Counted from the first letter of the stretch, positions 41,677 through 52,580 are shown. The stretch: 64,000 bases of DNA from Candidatus Limnocylindrales bacterium (GCA_035559535.1 DATMBG010000043.1:1-64000); one strand, 5' to 3'. Numbers and translations are program-made. The notes: generated by a model from the sequence alone, not told the origin.

Positions 41677-42597
41677 TTAAGGGGTTGTTGAGAGTCTCAG
41701 GTTAACAGGAATCTTTCCGTTATCCGAATCGATGTAGTATTTTTTAACCTTGGAGAGGATTTTTTCCATATATTCCAGATAAAGACGGGTTCGGGTAACA
41801 TCTGGAGACTTTTCATACTCTTTGAGAAATTCCTTAAAGCGGTTTGCTTCCCCGGTTGCTTCAGAAATCTTTTTTTCCTTATATCCTTGGGCTTCCAGCA
41901 AAAGGGATTGTGCTTCTCCACGGGTTTTAGGTAAAAGATTGTTTACGTAGCTATGGGCTTCGTTAATTTTTCTTTCCTTATCGGCCCTTGCATTGGAAAC
42001 ATCTTGAAAGGCCTGGACTACTGCCGGATCCAGATTAATACTCATAATATTTGCTGAAATTACATGAATACCACTCTTATAGCGATCCAGGGCTTCCTGG
42101 GTTTTTTGTTTCACAATATCTTGAATAAGTAAGCGTCCAGAAGTTAGTACCTCATCAACAGGTAAATTTAGAACGGTCTCTGTTAATATGGAAGCGGCAA
42201 CATTTTTTATGAGTTTCTGGGGATCTTCGACCTCAAAGAGAAATAAAGCCGGGTCTTGAATTACATACTGAAGGACCATGGCAATATTGAGGATATTGGT
42301 ATCTCCCGTCAGGAGTTCCATTCCCAGGGGAGATTCCTGACCCTGGCCTTCTGCAACCAGCTCGAATCCCACCCCTGTTTTCATAACGGCTGTGGTCTTG
42401 AGGGTATTCACCTGATCTACCGGCCAGGGGATTCGATAGTGCATTCCAGGCCCTAGGCGAGAACTTATAATCTTACCAAAGCGCCTGATGACTGCCTGTT
42501 CGTCGGGGGCAACGGTAAAAAAACCCGTGGATAAATACCCGGCCATCAGAACAAGGAAAAGGATTCCAACCAACTGAACTTTTCTTTTTTGGGTCAT
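41677..42597 (-). CDS. HflK-like SPFH protein
   Basis: LLTGDTNILNI, AFQDVSNA, ATGEANRF, TRTRLYLE. Confidence 0.88.
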   Translation of the reverse strand: MTQKRKVQLVGILFLVLMAGYLSTGFFTVAPDEQAVIRRFGKIISSRLGPGMHYRIPWPVDQVNTLKTTAVMKTGVGFELVAEGQGQESPLGMELLTGDTNILNIAMVLQYVIQDPALFLFEVEDPQKLIKNVAASILTETVLNLPVDEVLTSGRLLIQDIVKQKTQEALDRYKSGIHVISANIMSINLDPAVVQAFQDVSNARADKERKINEAHSYVNNLLPKTRGEAQSLLLEAQGYKEKKISEATGEANRFKEFLKEYEKSPDVTRTRLYLEYMEKILSKVKKYYIDSDNGKIPVNLRLSTTP

Positions 42598-42915
42598 AAC
42601 GGGGCCTTGCGTAAAGGTTTATAGATAATACCTTGTAAAGCCTTGAACAATAAAGATTGTCATTGCGAGCCTTCCACTCCTCCAGGATGAGCCCGGCAAA
42701 GCAATCTTTTCTGTCAACGGGTTGTGTTTTGCTTCACCTGCCATAACAAGTTGAATCCATTAAAACCAGCGTATCAAACAAGGACGTTTGACCTACTTTA
42801 AAAGGCGGTCAAAGTCCTCCTCTTTAAGTTGAGGGATTATCAGGTAGGTTAAACGTCTCGTTTGACATATCAGGATTACCCCCTTCAAACGAGACGTTTG
42901 ACCTACCAGGCCCGG

Positions 42916-43944
42916 CTATCTTACAGGGGCCTGGTCTTTCAAAGCCTCTTTCTTCTCGATAACAGGTTTCATTCCTTCAGGGTTATTAAGCAATTTAATT
43001 ACATCGGCATCGGAGGGAAAAAAGATCAAGGTTCGGGTATCAAAAATTTTCTCGTAAGCCTCCAGGGTTCTCAGGAACTTATAGAACTGAGGGTTATTGC
43101 GAAATGCTTCGGTATAGATTCGCATGGCTTCACTATCTCCTTGGGCCCGATAATTTTCCGCTTCTTTATAGGCTTCTGCTAGAATTTTTGTTTTCTCCCG
43201 TTCTGCCTCTGCGATGATACGAGCAGATTCCATCTCCCCCTCAGAGCGATACTTTGTTGCCATACGGCCACGTTCGGCCACCATACGTTCAAAAACGCTC
43301 TGTTTATTCTGTTCCGGGAAATTGAGGGCGACCAGGCGAACATCGGTGACTTCAATTCCGTAATTCCTGGCATTTTTTCGGGTATTCTCCAGGATTTGAG
43401 ATACAACCTTTCTAAACTGAAATTCTTCCGGTTGCGTAGAAATTAATGCATTTAAAGGATAGGTCCCCAAGGTAGAGCCGATTTCGGAAGATACCATATC
43501 GGCCAGTCGAATTTCTGCATGGGTTCTATCTATAAGGGTTTCCACAAATCTCTTGGGATCTCCCACCCGCCATAAAATGATATTGGAAATAGAAATATGA
43601 TTCTTGCTTTGGGTCAGATATTCCATACTGGGAGGTTGGAAGCTCATGAGGCTTCGGTTGACTTTTTGAACCTGATGAAAAGGTGCGGGGAGCTTTACAT
43701 GGAGGCCGGGTTCTGAAAGAACCCTTACGACTTTTCCAAATCGCTTGACCACGCCATATTCACTCACATCTACAGTAAAGAACATGGAATAGAGACAAAG
43801 CAGCCCTAGAACTCCCCCCAAGAAGTTAATTGATTTTTTAGTTCTGTTGGGGAGATGTCGGAAACGTAAGACCGTTTGTGACCAGAATCTTGTAAAGAAA
43901 TTCATTAAACTTTTAGGTTCCCAAGGGGTTGAGATATTTCTCAT
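42916..43944 (-). CDS. HflC-like SPFH protein
   Basis: VFERMVAERG, YRSEG, FYKFLRTLEAY; start overlaps the upstream stop. Confidence 0.88.
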   Translation of the reverse strand: MRNISTPWEPKSLMNFFTRFWSQTVLRFRHLPNRTKKSINFLGGVLGLLCLYSMFFTVDVSEYGVVKRFGKVVRVLSEPGLHVKLPAPFHQVQKVNRSLMSFQPPSMEYLTQSKNHISISNIILWRVGDPKRFVETLIDRTHAEIRLADMVSSEIGSTLGTYPLNALISTQPEEFQFRKVVSQILENTRKNARNYGIEVTDVRLVALNFPEQNKQSVFERMVAERGRMATKYRSEGEMESARIIAEAEREKTKILAEAYKEAENYRAQGDSEAMRIYTEAFRNNPQFYKFLRTLEAYEKIFDTRTLIFFPSDADVIKLLNNPEGMKPVIEKKEALKDQAPVR

Positions 43945-46115
43945 GGTTCTTGTACAAGAGGCCGAATCATCCAAAGATCGACATCTTTGACGTATCGAGA
44001 CCCGGGCCTTATGGTTTTTTGAACTCTCGGTAAAACCGTCTCAAGGGTTTCTATGTAAAGGCGGAATTGATTGAGCTCAGGGGAAAGTTGATAGGCCTGG
44101 TTTCTTAGAAGGAAGGCCTGGGCATCTCCCTGAGCTTTCAAGATTTTTTCCTCTTTAAAAGCCAGACTGGACTGAATGGTACTGGCAGCTTCTCCTTTAG
44201 CTGCATTGATGGTTTCTTCGGCAAAGGTCAAAGCCCGATTGATGATATGAATTTTATCTTCCTGGGCACTGGCTACATCCCGGAACGCCGAGTGGACTTC
44301 TCGGGGAGCATCAACCGATAACAATTGTACAAAAAGAACCTGGATACCCGCCTGATAACCATCCAGGGCATCTTGGAGAATACGTTGTACCTTCTTTTCT
44401 ATATTTCCCCTTTCCGTCGTCAGGATCGAGTCGACCATCATCTGCCCGATAACTTCACGAAGTCCGGCTAAGGTCATACTTCGTACCAACCGATCTGGCT
44501 CACCGAATCTGTAAGCATATTGTATAGGATCCTTTATCTGATATTGTACCGTTAAATTGATATCTACAATGTTTTCATCTCCGGTTATCAAAAAAGCCTC
44601 ATTTTCTACTTTTTTCTGCTCGGCCCAGAGGGTCATGGAGGTCATAGCGGTTGGTGCGGGATTTGAAGGGCCTGCTACGGTTAAGGTTTTAACTGGATTT
44701 GGATTGTTCAGGCTAGAGCCGGCCGAGGTTCGGAACCCAATCTCGACCCTTCGAACCAGATCTTGATGAATCTTTTCGATTTTTTCGATAGGCCACGGCA
44801 GATGGTAGTGAAGACCGGGAGTTAGATCAGAGGAGACTATTCTCCCAAAACGTAATTTCACTCCGATCTCTCCAGGTTCGACGGTTATAAAACCGCTATA
44901 CAGGTAAAGAAGCACAAGACTAATGATAACACCCCATTTGATTCGGGGGGTTGTTACATGAAACCCGGTAAAGGTACTAAGCCAATCTCGTATCTGGATC
45001 CACTCTTCGGGTATGTGGGTCCGGCGGACGCTGGAGATAAATAAGCCGATCATTGCAACGGCCACAACAATTTTGAGGCGCTCCGGAATAACACTGGTGG
45101 TGGTTCCAAAAGTAGCCCGGGGATCGAGGCCAGAGCTCAGATATATCCAGTTGACTATATATCCGGCCAATAAGCTCATCACAACAATGGATCCCAGGTA
45201 GAGAGCCATCACCTTACGACCCAAAAATTTTAATAGGACTACAATGGCCCCTATATTGGTTGCAGGCCCGGATAAGAGAAAAACCAAAGCAGCTCCCGGA
45301 TTTAATCCTTTTAAGATGAGGGTTGCAGCAATGGGCGTCGATGCTGAAGCACAGGTATAGATTGGAATCCCGATGAGCAGCATAAGCAGCATCGTTGTAA
45401 AACCACCACTTAGATATTTTTCGATGATAGAGGCCGGAAGGAGTGTAGCGATAATCCCGGATAAAACCACTCCCAGGACTAACCAGTAAGAAGTTTCATC
45501 AATCAATTCGAGAAATCTTTTATAAAATTCCCGAGTCCAGTAGGTTAAACGGCTCGTTTGCTGTGTATGCGTAACCGCAGGGGGTTCTAAGAGGGTTTCC
45601 AACTGAGGAGGAGGTTCTAGCAAAGACCCCTCCTCTACCAGATCAGAATGGGGATCCCGGGTTAGAGGGGGTTGATCGGGTCGCGGAGTACCGGCTGTAT
45701 CATCCCCCCATAAATTCGTTACAATACCGGCCGTCATGGCTGTAAAAAAAGCGGCTATGGGACGTGCTACGGTCATAATGGGATCCATCAGAGCATAACT
45801 CAGGCTGATGGAATCTACGCCGGTTTCCGGAGTTGAAATGAGAAAAGAAACAGTGGCACCTTTGGTGGCACCCTGTTTTCTTAAAGAAAGCGCCGTGGGA
45901 AGGACTCCACAGGAGCATAAAGGTAAGGGCACTCCCAGAAGAGATGCCCAAAAAACCGACTTGATCTTTCCTGCTCCCAGGTATTTAAGAAAGGTTTTGG
46001 CAGGAATGAGTAAGTTTAAGAGAACCCCTATGATATAACCAAAGAGAAGAAAGAGAGAAGCTTCCTTAAAAACCGTCCAGATTTCTTGAAGGATTTGAAG
46101 TAAAAAATCAATCAT
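43941..46115 (-). CDS. DUF318/SO_0444-type permease fused to an HflK-like SPFH domain
   Basis: PLPLCSCGVLP, STPETGVDS, IYTCASASTP, GPATN, then LITGDENIVDI, AFRDVASAQED, RLYIETLE. Confidence 0.85.
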   Translation of the reverse strand: MIDFLLQILQEIWTVFKEASLFLLFGYIIGVLLNLLIPAKTFLKYLGAGKIKSVFWASLLGVPLPLCSCGVLPTALSLRKQGATKGATVSFLISTPETGVDSISLSYALMDPIMTVARPIAAFFTAMTAGIVTNLWGDDTAGTPRPDQPPLTRDPHSDLVEEGSLLEPPPQLETLLEPPAVTHTQQTSRLTYWTREFYKRFLELIDETSYWLVLGVVLSGIIATLLPASIIEKYLSGGFTTMLLMLLIGIPIYTCASASTPIAATLILKGLNPGAALVFLLSGPATNIGAIVVLLKFLGRKVMALYLGSIVVMSLLAGYIVNWIYLSSGLDPRATFGTTTSVIPERLKIVVAVAMIGLFISSVRRTHIPEEWIQIRDWLSTFTGFHVTTPRIKWGVIISLVLLYLYSGFITVEPGEIGVKLRFGRIVSSDLTPGLHYHLPWPIEKIEKIHQDLVRRVEIGFRTSAGSSLNNPNPVKTLTVAGPSNPAPTAMTSMTLWAEQKKVENEAFLITGDENIVDINLTVQYQIKDPIQYAYRFGEPDRLVRSMTLAGLREVIGQMMVDSILTTERGNIEKKVQRILQDALDGYQAGIQVLFVQLLSVDAPREVHSAFRDVASAQEDKIHIINRALTFAEETINAAKGEAASTIQSSLAFKEEKILKAQGDAQAFLLRNQAYQLSPELNQFRLYIETLETVLPRVQKTIRPGSRYVKDVDLWMIRPLVQEP

Positions 46116-46580
46116 TCGTCACCAGAAAAACCTACCCCACCCTTTGTCTATCCAGAAGAATTAATCCCCTCGTCTTATAGGGACGAGGGGATGAAAGGTC
46201 AGGTATTTTTTTGTATTACTACTTAAGCCCTCACCCCCAGCCCCTCTCCCACGCTGCGGGAGAGGGGGGGTTGGGAAGCGAAGGCAGCACTGGGGGTGAG
46301 GGGCCCCTCACCCGTACTCTAAATTAAATGGACTATGTACTACTACCTTGTAAAGTTAGCTTTTTTAATATACCTTAAAAACTCCCTTAGGGGGGATCTG
46401 TTTATAGCAAAATAACTCCCCAACTTTATGAGAGGAAGCTCCGTTAAGAGCAACCGGTTCGGAACAGATCTACCCCAGATCGCTGCTGGGAGGGTCAAAC
46501 GAGACGTTCGAGTCAAACGAGACGTTTGACCTACTCCAAACAGTCAGCTCCTGACGGGGTTTTATTAACTTTACAAAGTA

Positions 46581-47612
46581 CTACTTTGGTAAATACTTCT
46601 TGTCTAACTGGCAGGCCACGGAGTATTGAGGATCGACCACATTGGCAACTTCAATTTGAGCCGCCTGCCCCAGTAATTGATAAGCTTCCATTTTGTCAAA
46701 GCCGTAGTCTGTAACCAGCCAGTTAATTAAATCCACACAGGCGATTCTCAGGGCATCGATCAAAGGTCGTGTGCTGCCGATAGACATGATGAATTTATCA
46801 TTCTCCAGACGGGGCCAGTTGATGGTTTTCCCTTTGATCAAATCCACGGTGAACTCTACGTCCATGGAAGTCTCGATAGCTGCTCCCATGACCTCGCCAT
46901 CTCCTTGTGCAGCATGTCCATCACCGATCATAAATAAGGCACCAGGTTCAAAAACCGGAAAATACATGGTTACTCCGGAGATGACCTCATTAAAATCCAT
47001 ATTAGCCCCATGGGGACCCGGAACCAGGGAGCTGATACACTCCTTTCCCGGAGGAGCCGTACCAATAGTTCCCAGGAATGATCGGATAGGAACCTCTTCC
47101 TTTCCTACTTTGCTCTTGGGCATATCTAAAACTGCCGCCGTTTTATCTGGATTAAACTTCCAAATATACAGAGTATCCTTCACCGGATCTGTCACCATTT
47201 GGGTTTTATACTCTGGAGCCAGAGCCCCAAAATAGGGAATGGCCCCGCCCCAACCCCAATCCCGGTTTGGAGCAACTTTTAACAGTTTCACCACCAGCGT
47301 GTCTCCGGGTTCTGCCCCTTCAATGTAAAAGGGACCCGTTTGAGGGTTCACTTTGGTAAGATCCAGTTTGGGAGCTAAGGTTTTGTCTGTGGGCGCAAAG
47401 GCATCATTGGATGCATCCCGGGTTCTCGTAATTACTTTATCCCCGGGTTTAATTTTTAAAGCAGGAGGATGGGAATGACAGTAAGTGAAATAAACTTTAT
47501 CCCCCGGGTCATATCTATGCTCTGCCGCTGAAACAGGAAAACTCACCAGGATGGAGAAAAGAAAAACCGAAACGCTGACTACCCCTACGAATCGTTTGAT
47601 TAACAACCTCAT
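46581..47612 (-). CDS. Acetamidase/formamidase family protein with signal peptide
   Basis: NPQTGPFYIEGAEPGD, HGANMD, GDGHAAQGDGE, AIE; N-terminal signal ending VSA-A. Confidence 0.88.
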   Translation of the reverse strand: MRLLIKRFVGVVSVSVFLFSILVSFPVSAAEHRYDPGDKVYFTYCHSHPPALKIKPGDKVITRTRDASNDAFAPTDKTLAPKLDLTKVNPQTGPFYIEGAEPGDTLVVKLLKVAPNRDWGWGGAIPYFGALAPEYKTQMVTDPVKDTLYIWKFNPDKTAAVLDMPKSKVGKEEVPIRSFLGTIGTAPPGKECISSLVPGPHGANMDFNEVISGVTMYFPVFEPGALFMIGDGHAAQGDGEVMGAAIETSMDVEFTVDLIKGKTINWPRLENDKFIMSIGSTRPLIDALRIACVDLINWLVTDYGFDKMEAYQLLGQAAQIEVANVVDPQYSVACQLDKKYLPK

Positions 47613-47677
47613 AATTAACCTCCTTAGTTAAAGTTCAGGGTTAACTCCAAGAACAGATTATAGGCAGGTAAAAGGAT

Positions 47678-48586
47678 TTATTCAGGTTTATGATCACCTC
47701 CTTCCCCATAGACATAATTACGGTCGTACAAAAGTCTGAATAAATCCGAATTTAAGGGTAAAATCATACTGGTTTTATCGTTCATGAACGATTTATAAGC
47801 CTCCAGGGTTCTTAAAAACTGATAAAACTCAGGGTTTTTATTCACGGCTTCCGCATAGATTTTGGTTGATTCAGCCTCTCCTTCCCCTTTGTAGGCCTGG
47901 GCAACCTTGTAAGCTTCCGATACAATCCTCGTCCTTTCCTTGGCGGCCTCTGCACGTATCTTAAGCCCTTCTTCCTCGCCCTCTGATCGATACTTCATGC
48001 TAATACGTCCCCGCTCCGATTTCATCCTCTGAAAAACACTTTCCCGATTTTTTTCTGGAAAATCCAACTGTTGTATCCGGACATCTGCGATGAAGATCCC
48101 GTAATCTTGACTTGCAATCTCCCGACACTTCCTGGTTACCTCTGCCATGATCGCGTCGGCTTGATAATCTTCGGGATTCACGGTGATGAAAGTTGTCAGT
48201 TCCACCTTACCCAGGGCCGCACCTAACTGCGCCGATACAATATCCAAAAGCCTGGATTCGGCCCCTTTTTTGTCGAAAACCGTCTGTAAGAACTTCTTGG
48301 GATCTTCAATTTTCCATAAGAGAAAACTGGAAGCCATGATATTTTTCTTACTTAGGGAAAGAAATTCTTGAGACGGGGATTCAAAGACCCAAAAACGGTT
48401 ATCGAATCGAAGGACATCCTGAAAGGGATAAGGGTACTTAAGTTTTAAACCCGGTGATTTGAGAACGCGAACCGGATTACCGAACTGGGTTACAATGGCA
48501 TATTCCCGTTCGTCAACAATAAAAAAGCAGGACCATCCTACCAGCAGAATAAGAATTATCAGGATAATATGTATTTTCCTTTGCAT
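47678..48586 (-). CDS. HflC-like SPFH protein
   Basis: AIVTQFG, VFQRMKSERG, FYQFLRTLEAY. Confidence 0.88.
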   Translation of the reverse strand: MQRKIHIILIILILLVGWSCFFIVDEREYAIVTQFGNPVRVLKSPGLKLKYPYPFQDVLRFDNRFWVFESPSQEFLSLSKKNIMASSFLLWKIEDPKKFLQTVFDKKGAESRLLDIVSAQLGAALGKVELTTFITVNPEDYQADAIMAEVTRKCREIASQDYGIFIADVRIQQLDFPEKNRESVFQRMKSERGRISMKYRSEGEEEGLKIRAEAAKERTRIVSEAYKVAQAYKGEGEAESTKIYAEAVNKNPEFYQFLRTLEAYKSFMNDKTSMILPLNSDLFRLLYDRNYVYGEGGDHKPE

Positions 48587-48814
48587 CTTTACCAGCTTAA
48601 ACTCTAAAATAAAAGCTTGTCAAGTTTTATTTGATATAATTATCTTAAAGCAAAATGGAGGCCTAATTAATAAATCTTTTGGAAACCTAAGGAGCTCCTC
48701 AGGAATTTAACTTTCAAAGCTTTCAAACATAAAACGTGATGCGTAAGACGTGATCAAGTCCTATATGAACCCGATAGGCCCTTTCACTGATTACGCATTG
48801 CCTTATTATTCCTT

Positions 48815-49138
48815 ATGATTTATGAACTCAGGATTTACAAAGCGATGCCGGGGCGAATGCCGGATCTTTTAAATCGTTTTGCAAAGATAACCCTTTCGTT
48901 TTTCGAAAAGCATGGGATGAAAGTTATCGGATTCTGGCAACCCCTGGTGGGAAATAACAATGAACTTATCTACCTCCTCGCCTTTGAAGACATCAATCAC
49001 TTTGAAAGAGCCTGGAAGGCCATGAAAGAAGATCCCGAATGGTTAAAAGCTCGAGCCGAAACGGAGAAGAATGGCCCCTTAGTGGAAAACGTCCAGAACA
49101 TCCTTCTCACTCCTACCAGTTTCTCTCCGATGAAGTAG
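48815..49138 (+). CDS. NIPSNAP family protein
   Basis: IYELRIY, LIYLLAF, LLTPTSFSP. Confidence 0.9.
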   Translation: MIYELRIYKAMPGRMPDLLNRFAKITLSFFEKHGMKVIGFWQPLVGNNNELIYLLAFEDINHFERAWKAMKEDPEWLKARAETEKNGPLVENVQNILLTPTSFSPMK

Positions 49139-49249
49139 GAGGGTGTCGGGCGTGGGAGTGTGGGAGTGTGGGGGTATGGGGGTAGGGAAGTGGGGATAAA
49201 GAAGATGAAACTCCCCACGCCCATACTCCCATACTCCCATACCATTTTC

Positions 49250-50332
49250 ATGAACTCTAAAGATAAAATCAAATCCCGGGCGGAAATCATTGAGATAGCC
49301 TCTCATCTTCGAAAAGCAGGGCGTAAGATCGTTACCACCAACGGGGCCTTTGACCTCCTGCATCCGGGTCATGTAAAAATGCTTCAAGAAGCAAAGAGTC
49401 TGGGAGATGTTCTTATCGTGGGGGTTAACAGTGATGCTTCTATACGTAGATTTAAAGGTCCCCACCGACCCATCTATTCGGAGCGTGATCGGGCAGAGAT
49501 GTTGGCGGCGCTTGCCTGTACCGATTATATTACTATTTTTGATGAGTTAACCCCGGTCACCCTTTTAGATCATATCCGGCCCCATATTCACGTAAACTCT
49601 CCGGAACATGGGTATGATTGTATTGAAAAAGAAGTAGTTCTTCGCCATGGGGGAGAAATTTATCTTTCCAAATTAATAGAAGGTCTTTCTACCAGTTCCC
49701 TTATTGAAAAAATCTTACATGTTTATAGCCAGCCTTCTTATAAAGCCGTTTTTTTAGATCCAGAGACCCTTTTTAAAAGTCCACAGCTTATCCCTCCGAT
49801 GTTAGATAATTTCGATGAGGAGGTACTTCGGGTATTACCCGGCTTTTTACAGGCCGATTATCGATTGATTATCCTGGCGAACCATCCGGAAGTTGCCATG
49901 GGCCAGCTTACCGAGCAAGACCTTAAGCGCTATTATGGAGCCGTACAACAACTTCTTAAATCCCAGGGAATTGAACTGGCAGGGATTTACTTTTGTCCTC
50001 ATCATCCGGAAGGGAACGTAGCCTCTTACCGGGTGGAATGTTCTTGTCGAAAACCTCGTCCCGGCCTTATAGAGCAGGCTGTTTCCGATCTGAATCTTAA
50101 TCTTGCCCGTAGTTTCGTAATAAGTAAAGGCCTGGAAAACATTTTGATGGGTCGAGAAATTAATTGCAAAACTATTTTGGTGGAAAGTCCTTCCGGCAGA
50201 GGAGCCGGAATTGTCAACTCCACTCCTACCCAGAACCCTCAACGCCATTTTTATGTGGGACCTCATTTTAGGGTAGAGGATTTTGAAGAAGCTTTAAACC
50301 TGATTACAACTCAGCAGGTCAACAAAGGATAA
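49250..50332 (+). CDS. RfaE-type heptose-phosphate adenylyltransferase fused to a degenerate GmhB-like domain
   Basis: TNGAFDLLHPGH, GVNSDAS, STS; then YFCPHHP..CSCRKP. Confidence 0.85.
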   Translation: MNSKDKIKSRAEIIEIASHLRKAGRKIVTTNGAFDLLHPGHVKMLQEAKSLGDVLIVGVNSDASIRRFKGPHRPIYSERDRAEMLAALACTDYITIFDELTPVTLLDHIRPHIHVNSPEHGYDCIEKEVVLRHGGEIYLSKLIEGLSTSSLIEKILHVYSQPSYKAVFLDPETLFKSPQLIPPMLDNFDEEVLRVLPGFLQADYRLIILANHPEVAMGQLTEQDLKRYYGAVQQLLKSQGIELAGIYFCPHHPEGNVASYRVECSCRKPRPGLIEQAVSDLNLNLARSFVISKGLENILMGREINCKTILVESPSGRGAGIVNSTPTQNPQRHFYVGPHFRVEDFEEALNLITTQQVNKG

Positions 50333-50430
50333 ATATTCTGGATAGAGAAAGGGGATGGTTAAAGGATTTTTTGGACTTAGCAGGTAGATAAATCCTTATT
50401 TAAGGGCATGCCTTCCCATCGCTTGAGATT

Positions 50431-52293
50431 ATGAAAGACGAAGATAAAACAAAGGAACAACTCCTCCGGGAATTAAAGGCACTTCGAGAATATTTGCCCA
50501 AATTAGAACAGGTAAAAACCAGGGCCGGATTGGTTCAGTACTTATTAAGGAAGAACATGGAACAATTTAAGAGTATTTATCAGGCTATTGCCAGCGGTGT
50601 TATTGTACGAAATGCCAAAGGGAAGGTTGTGTATGCAAACGAAGCTGCGTGTAAGCTCATGGGATTAACCCTGGATCAGATCCGAGGGCGAGTGCCCATA
50701 GATCCTGCATGGCGTGCTATTTATGAAAATGGTTCTCCTTTCCTTTTTGAAACGTGTCCCGGTATGTTAACCCTTCATACCGGGAAATCCATATCCAATG
50801 TAGTGGTCGGTATTTTTCCTGTCGGGGAAGAAGGTTCGATACTCCCGGGGAAACCCGGATCAACCGGGAAACCTCGCTGGATCTTAATGAATTCCCAACC
50901 TATCCTGGATTCCCATACCAGGGCTTTAAAAGGCGCGGTGGATACCTTTATAGATATTACGGAGCGTAAACATTATGAGGAAACGATTCTTCACATGGCT
51001 TATTACGATGCTTTGACGGATCTACCCAATCGTATTTTGTTTAGTGATCGCCTTGCCATGGAGCTGGCCCATGCCCGTCGTGAACAGAAAAAACTGGCCA
51101 TCCTGCTTCTCAACCTGGATCGGTTTAGAGTCATCAATGATTCGTTGGGGCATACCTTTGGAGATCGTTTGTTGCAGAGTGTTGCATTTCGACTGAGAAA
51201 TTGTGTACGGGAAGGAGATACCGTGGCTCGCCTGGGGGGAGATGAGTTCCTGTTGCTCATAACCGGAATTAGCCGATCGGAAGATGCTGCTAAAGTTGTC
51301 CAGAAAATCCTTGAGGCCCTCAAACCCCCTTTTCATTTCGAAGGCCATGAACTTCATATCACTGCCAGTGTGGGGGTTGCCCTTTATCCCGATGACGGAG
51401 AAGATGTCCAGACCTTATTAAAGAGCGCTAACACGGCTCTACACCGTGCCAAAGAACAAGGTCGAGATACTTACCAGCTTCACACGGCAACCATGAACGC
51501 CAAGGCCTTTGATCGGCTTATGTTAGAACATGGGCTGCGGCGGGCTCTCGAACGGGATGAACTGGTGGTGTATTACCAACCCCAGGTAAACCTCAGTACC
51601 AAACAAATAGTTGGTATGGAAGCCCTGGTACGCTGGCGACACCCGGATCAAGGAATCATCCTTCCGGCAAGATTTATTCCCTTAGCGGAAGAAACCGGAC
51701 TTATTATTCCCATCGGGGAAAAGGTCTTGCGAGCCGCCTGTGCCCAGAATAAAGCCTGGCAGGATGCCGGCTTTCCACCCTTACGGGTCTCGGTAAACCT
51801 TTCAGCCCGCCATTTTAAACAAAAAAACCTGGTGGAAACCATCGCCCGGGCCCTTAAAGAAACCGGACTGGATCCTAAATATCTGGATTTGGAACTCACC
51901 GAAGGGACCATCATGGAAAATGCAGAAGAAACAATCAAAACCTTGCGCGCTTTGAAGGACATGGGAGTTCATCTCTCCATAGATGATTTTGGAACCGGAT
52001 ATTCTTCACTCAATTACCTGAGACGGTTTCCTATCGATACCTTGAAGATTGATCAGTCTTTTGTGCGGGATATCCCCACCAATCCCGATGATGCAGCCAT
52101 TGCCGCAGCTATTATTGCGATGGCCCATAGCTTAAAATTGAAAGTAACAGCCGAAGGAGTGGAAACCGAAGAACAGTTGCCGTTTTTATATTCTCAACAG
52201 TGCGATGAAGTCCAGGGATATTACTTTAGCAAACCTCTGCCCCCTGAGGCATTTGCCCAATTATTGAAGGAAGGAGTCTCCCTTAAATCCTGA
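50431..52293 (+). CDS. PAS-GGDEF-EAL c-di-GMP enzyme
   Basis: PAS ending DITERK, REGD I-site, GGDEF, EAL, DDFGTGYSS. Confidence 0.95.
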   Translation: MKDEDKTKEQLLRELKALREYLPKLEQVKTRAGLVQYLLRKNMEQFKSIYQAIASGVIVRNAKGKVVYANEAACKLMGLTLDQIRGRVPIDPAWRAIYENGSPFLFETCPGMLTLHTGKSISNVVVGIFPVGEEGSILPGKPGSTGKPRWILMNSQPILDSHTRALKGAVDTFIDITERKHYEETILHMAYYDALTDLPNRILFSDRLAMELAHARREQKKLAILLLNLDRFRVINDSLGHTFGDRLLQSVAFRLRNCVREGDTVARLGGDEFLLLITGISRSEDAAKVVQKILEALKPPFHFEGHELHITASVGVALYPDDGEDVQTLLKSANTALHRAKEQGRDTYQLHTATMNAKAFDRLMLEHGLRRALERDELVVYYQPQVNLSTKQIVGMEALVRWRHPDQGIILPARFIPLAEETGLIIPIGEKVLRAACAQNKAWQDAGFPPLRVSVNLSARHFKQKNLVETIARALKETGLDPKYLDLELTEGTIMENAEETIKTLRALKDMGVHLSIDDFGTGYSSLNYLRRFPIDTLKIDQSFVRDIPTNPDDAAIAAAIIAMAHSLKLKVTAEGVETEEQLPFLYSQQCDEVQGYYFSKPLPPEAFAQLLKEGVSLKS

Positions 52294-52542
52294 TTGGATT
52301 CCCTACTGACTCAAAATCCTTTGTCCCTCTTTAGAGACCATTTCGAAAATCCCCCCTAGAAATAGAAACATACGACCACAACCTTTTTGTCGTGGAGGGA
52401 TATTCGTTACGGAAATTTGAAGATGCCCGCTTATCAGAAAATTTAAGAAAAATTTTGTATACCCCGATCCAAAGATCCAAAGGTATATCCCTGTTTTTAG
52501 ATCTTTTCGCTCTAAACTCCCCTGAACCCTTTTAAAAAAGTC

Positions 52543-52571
52543 TTGACATTCCCACGTAATCAGATCATATT
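52543..52571 (+). promoter_or_regulatory. Sigma70 promoter of tRNA-Gly
   Basis: TTGACA-17 bp-CATATT. Confidence 0.65.
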
Positions 52572-52580
52572 GAAATAAAA

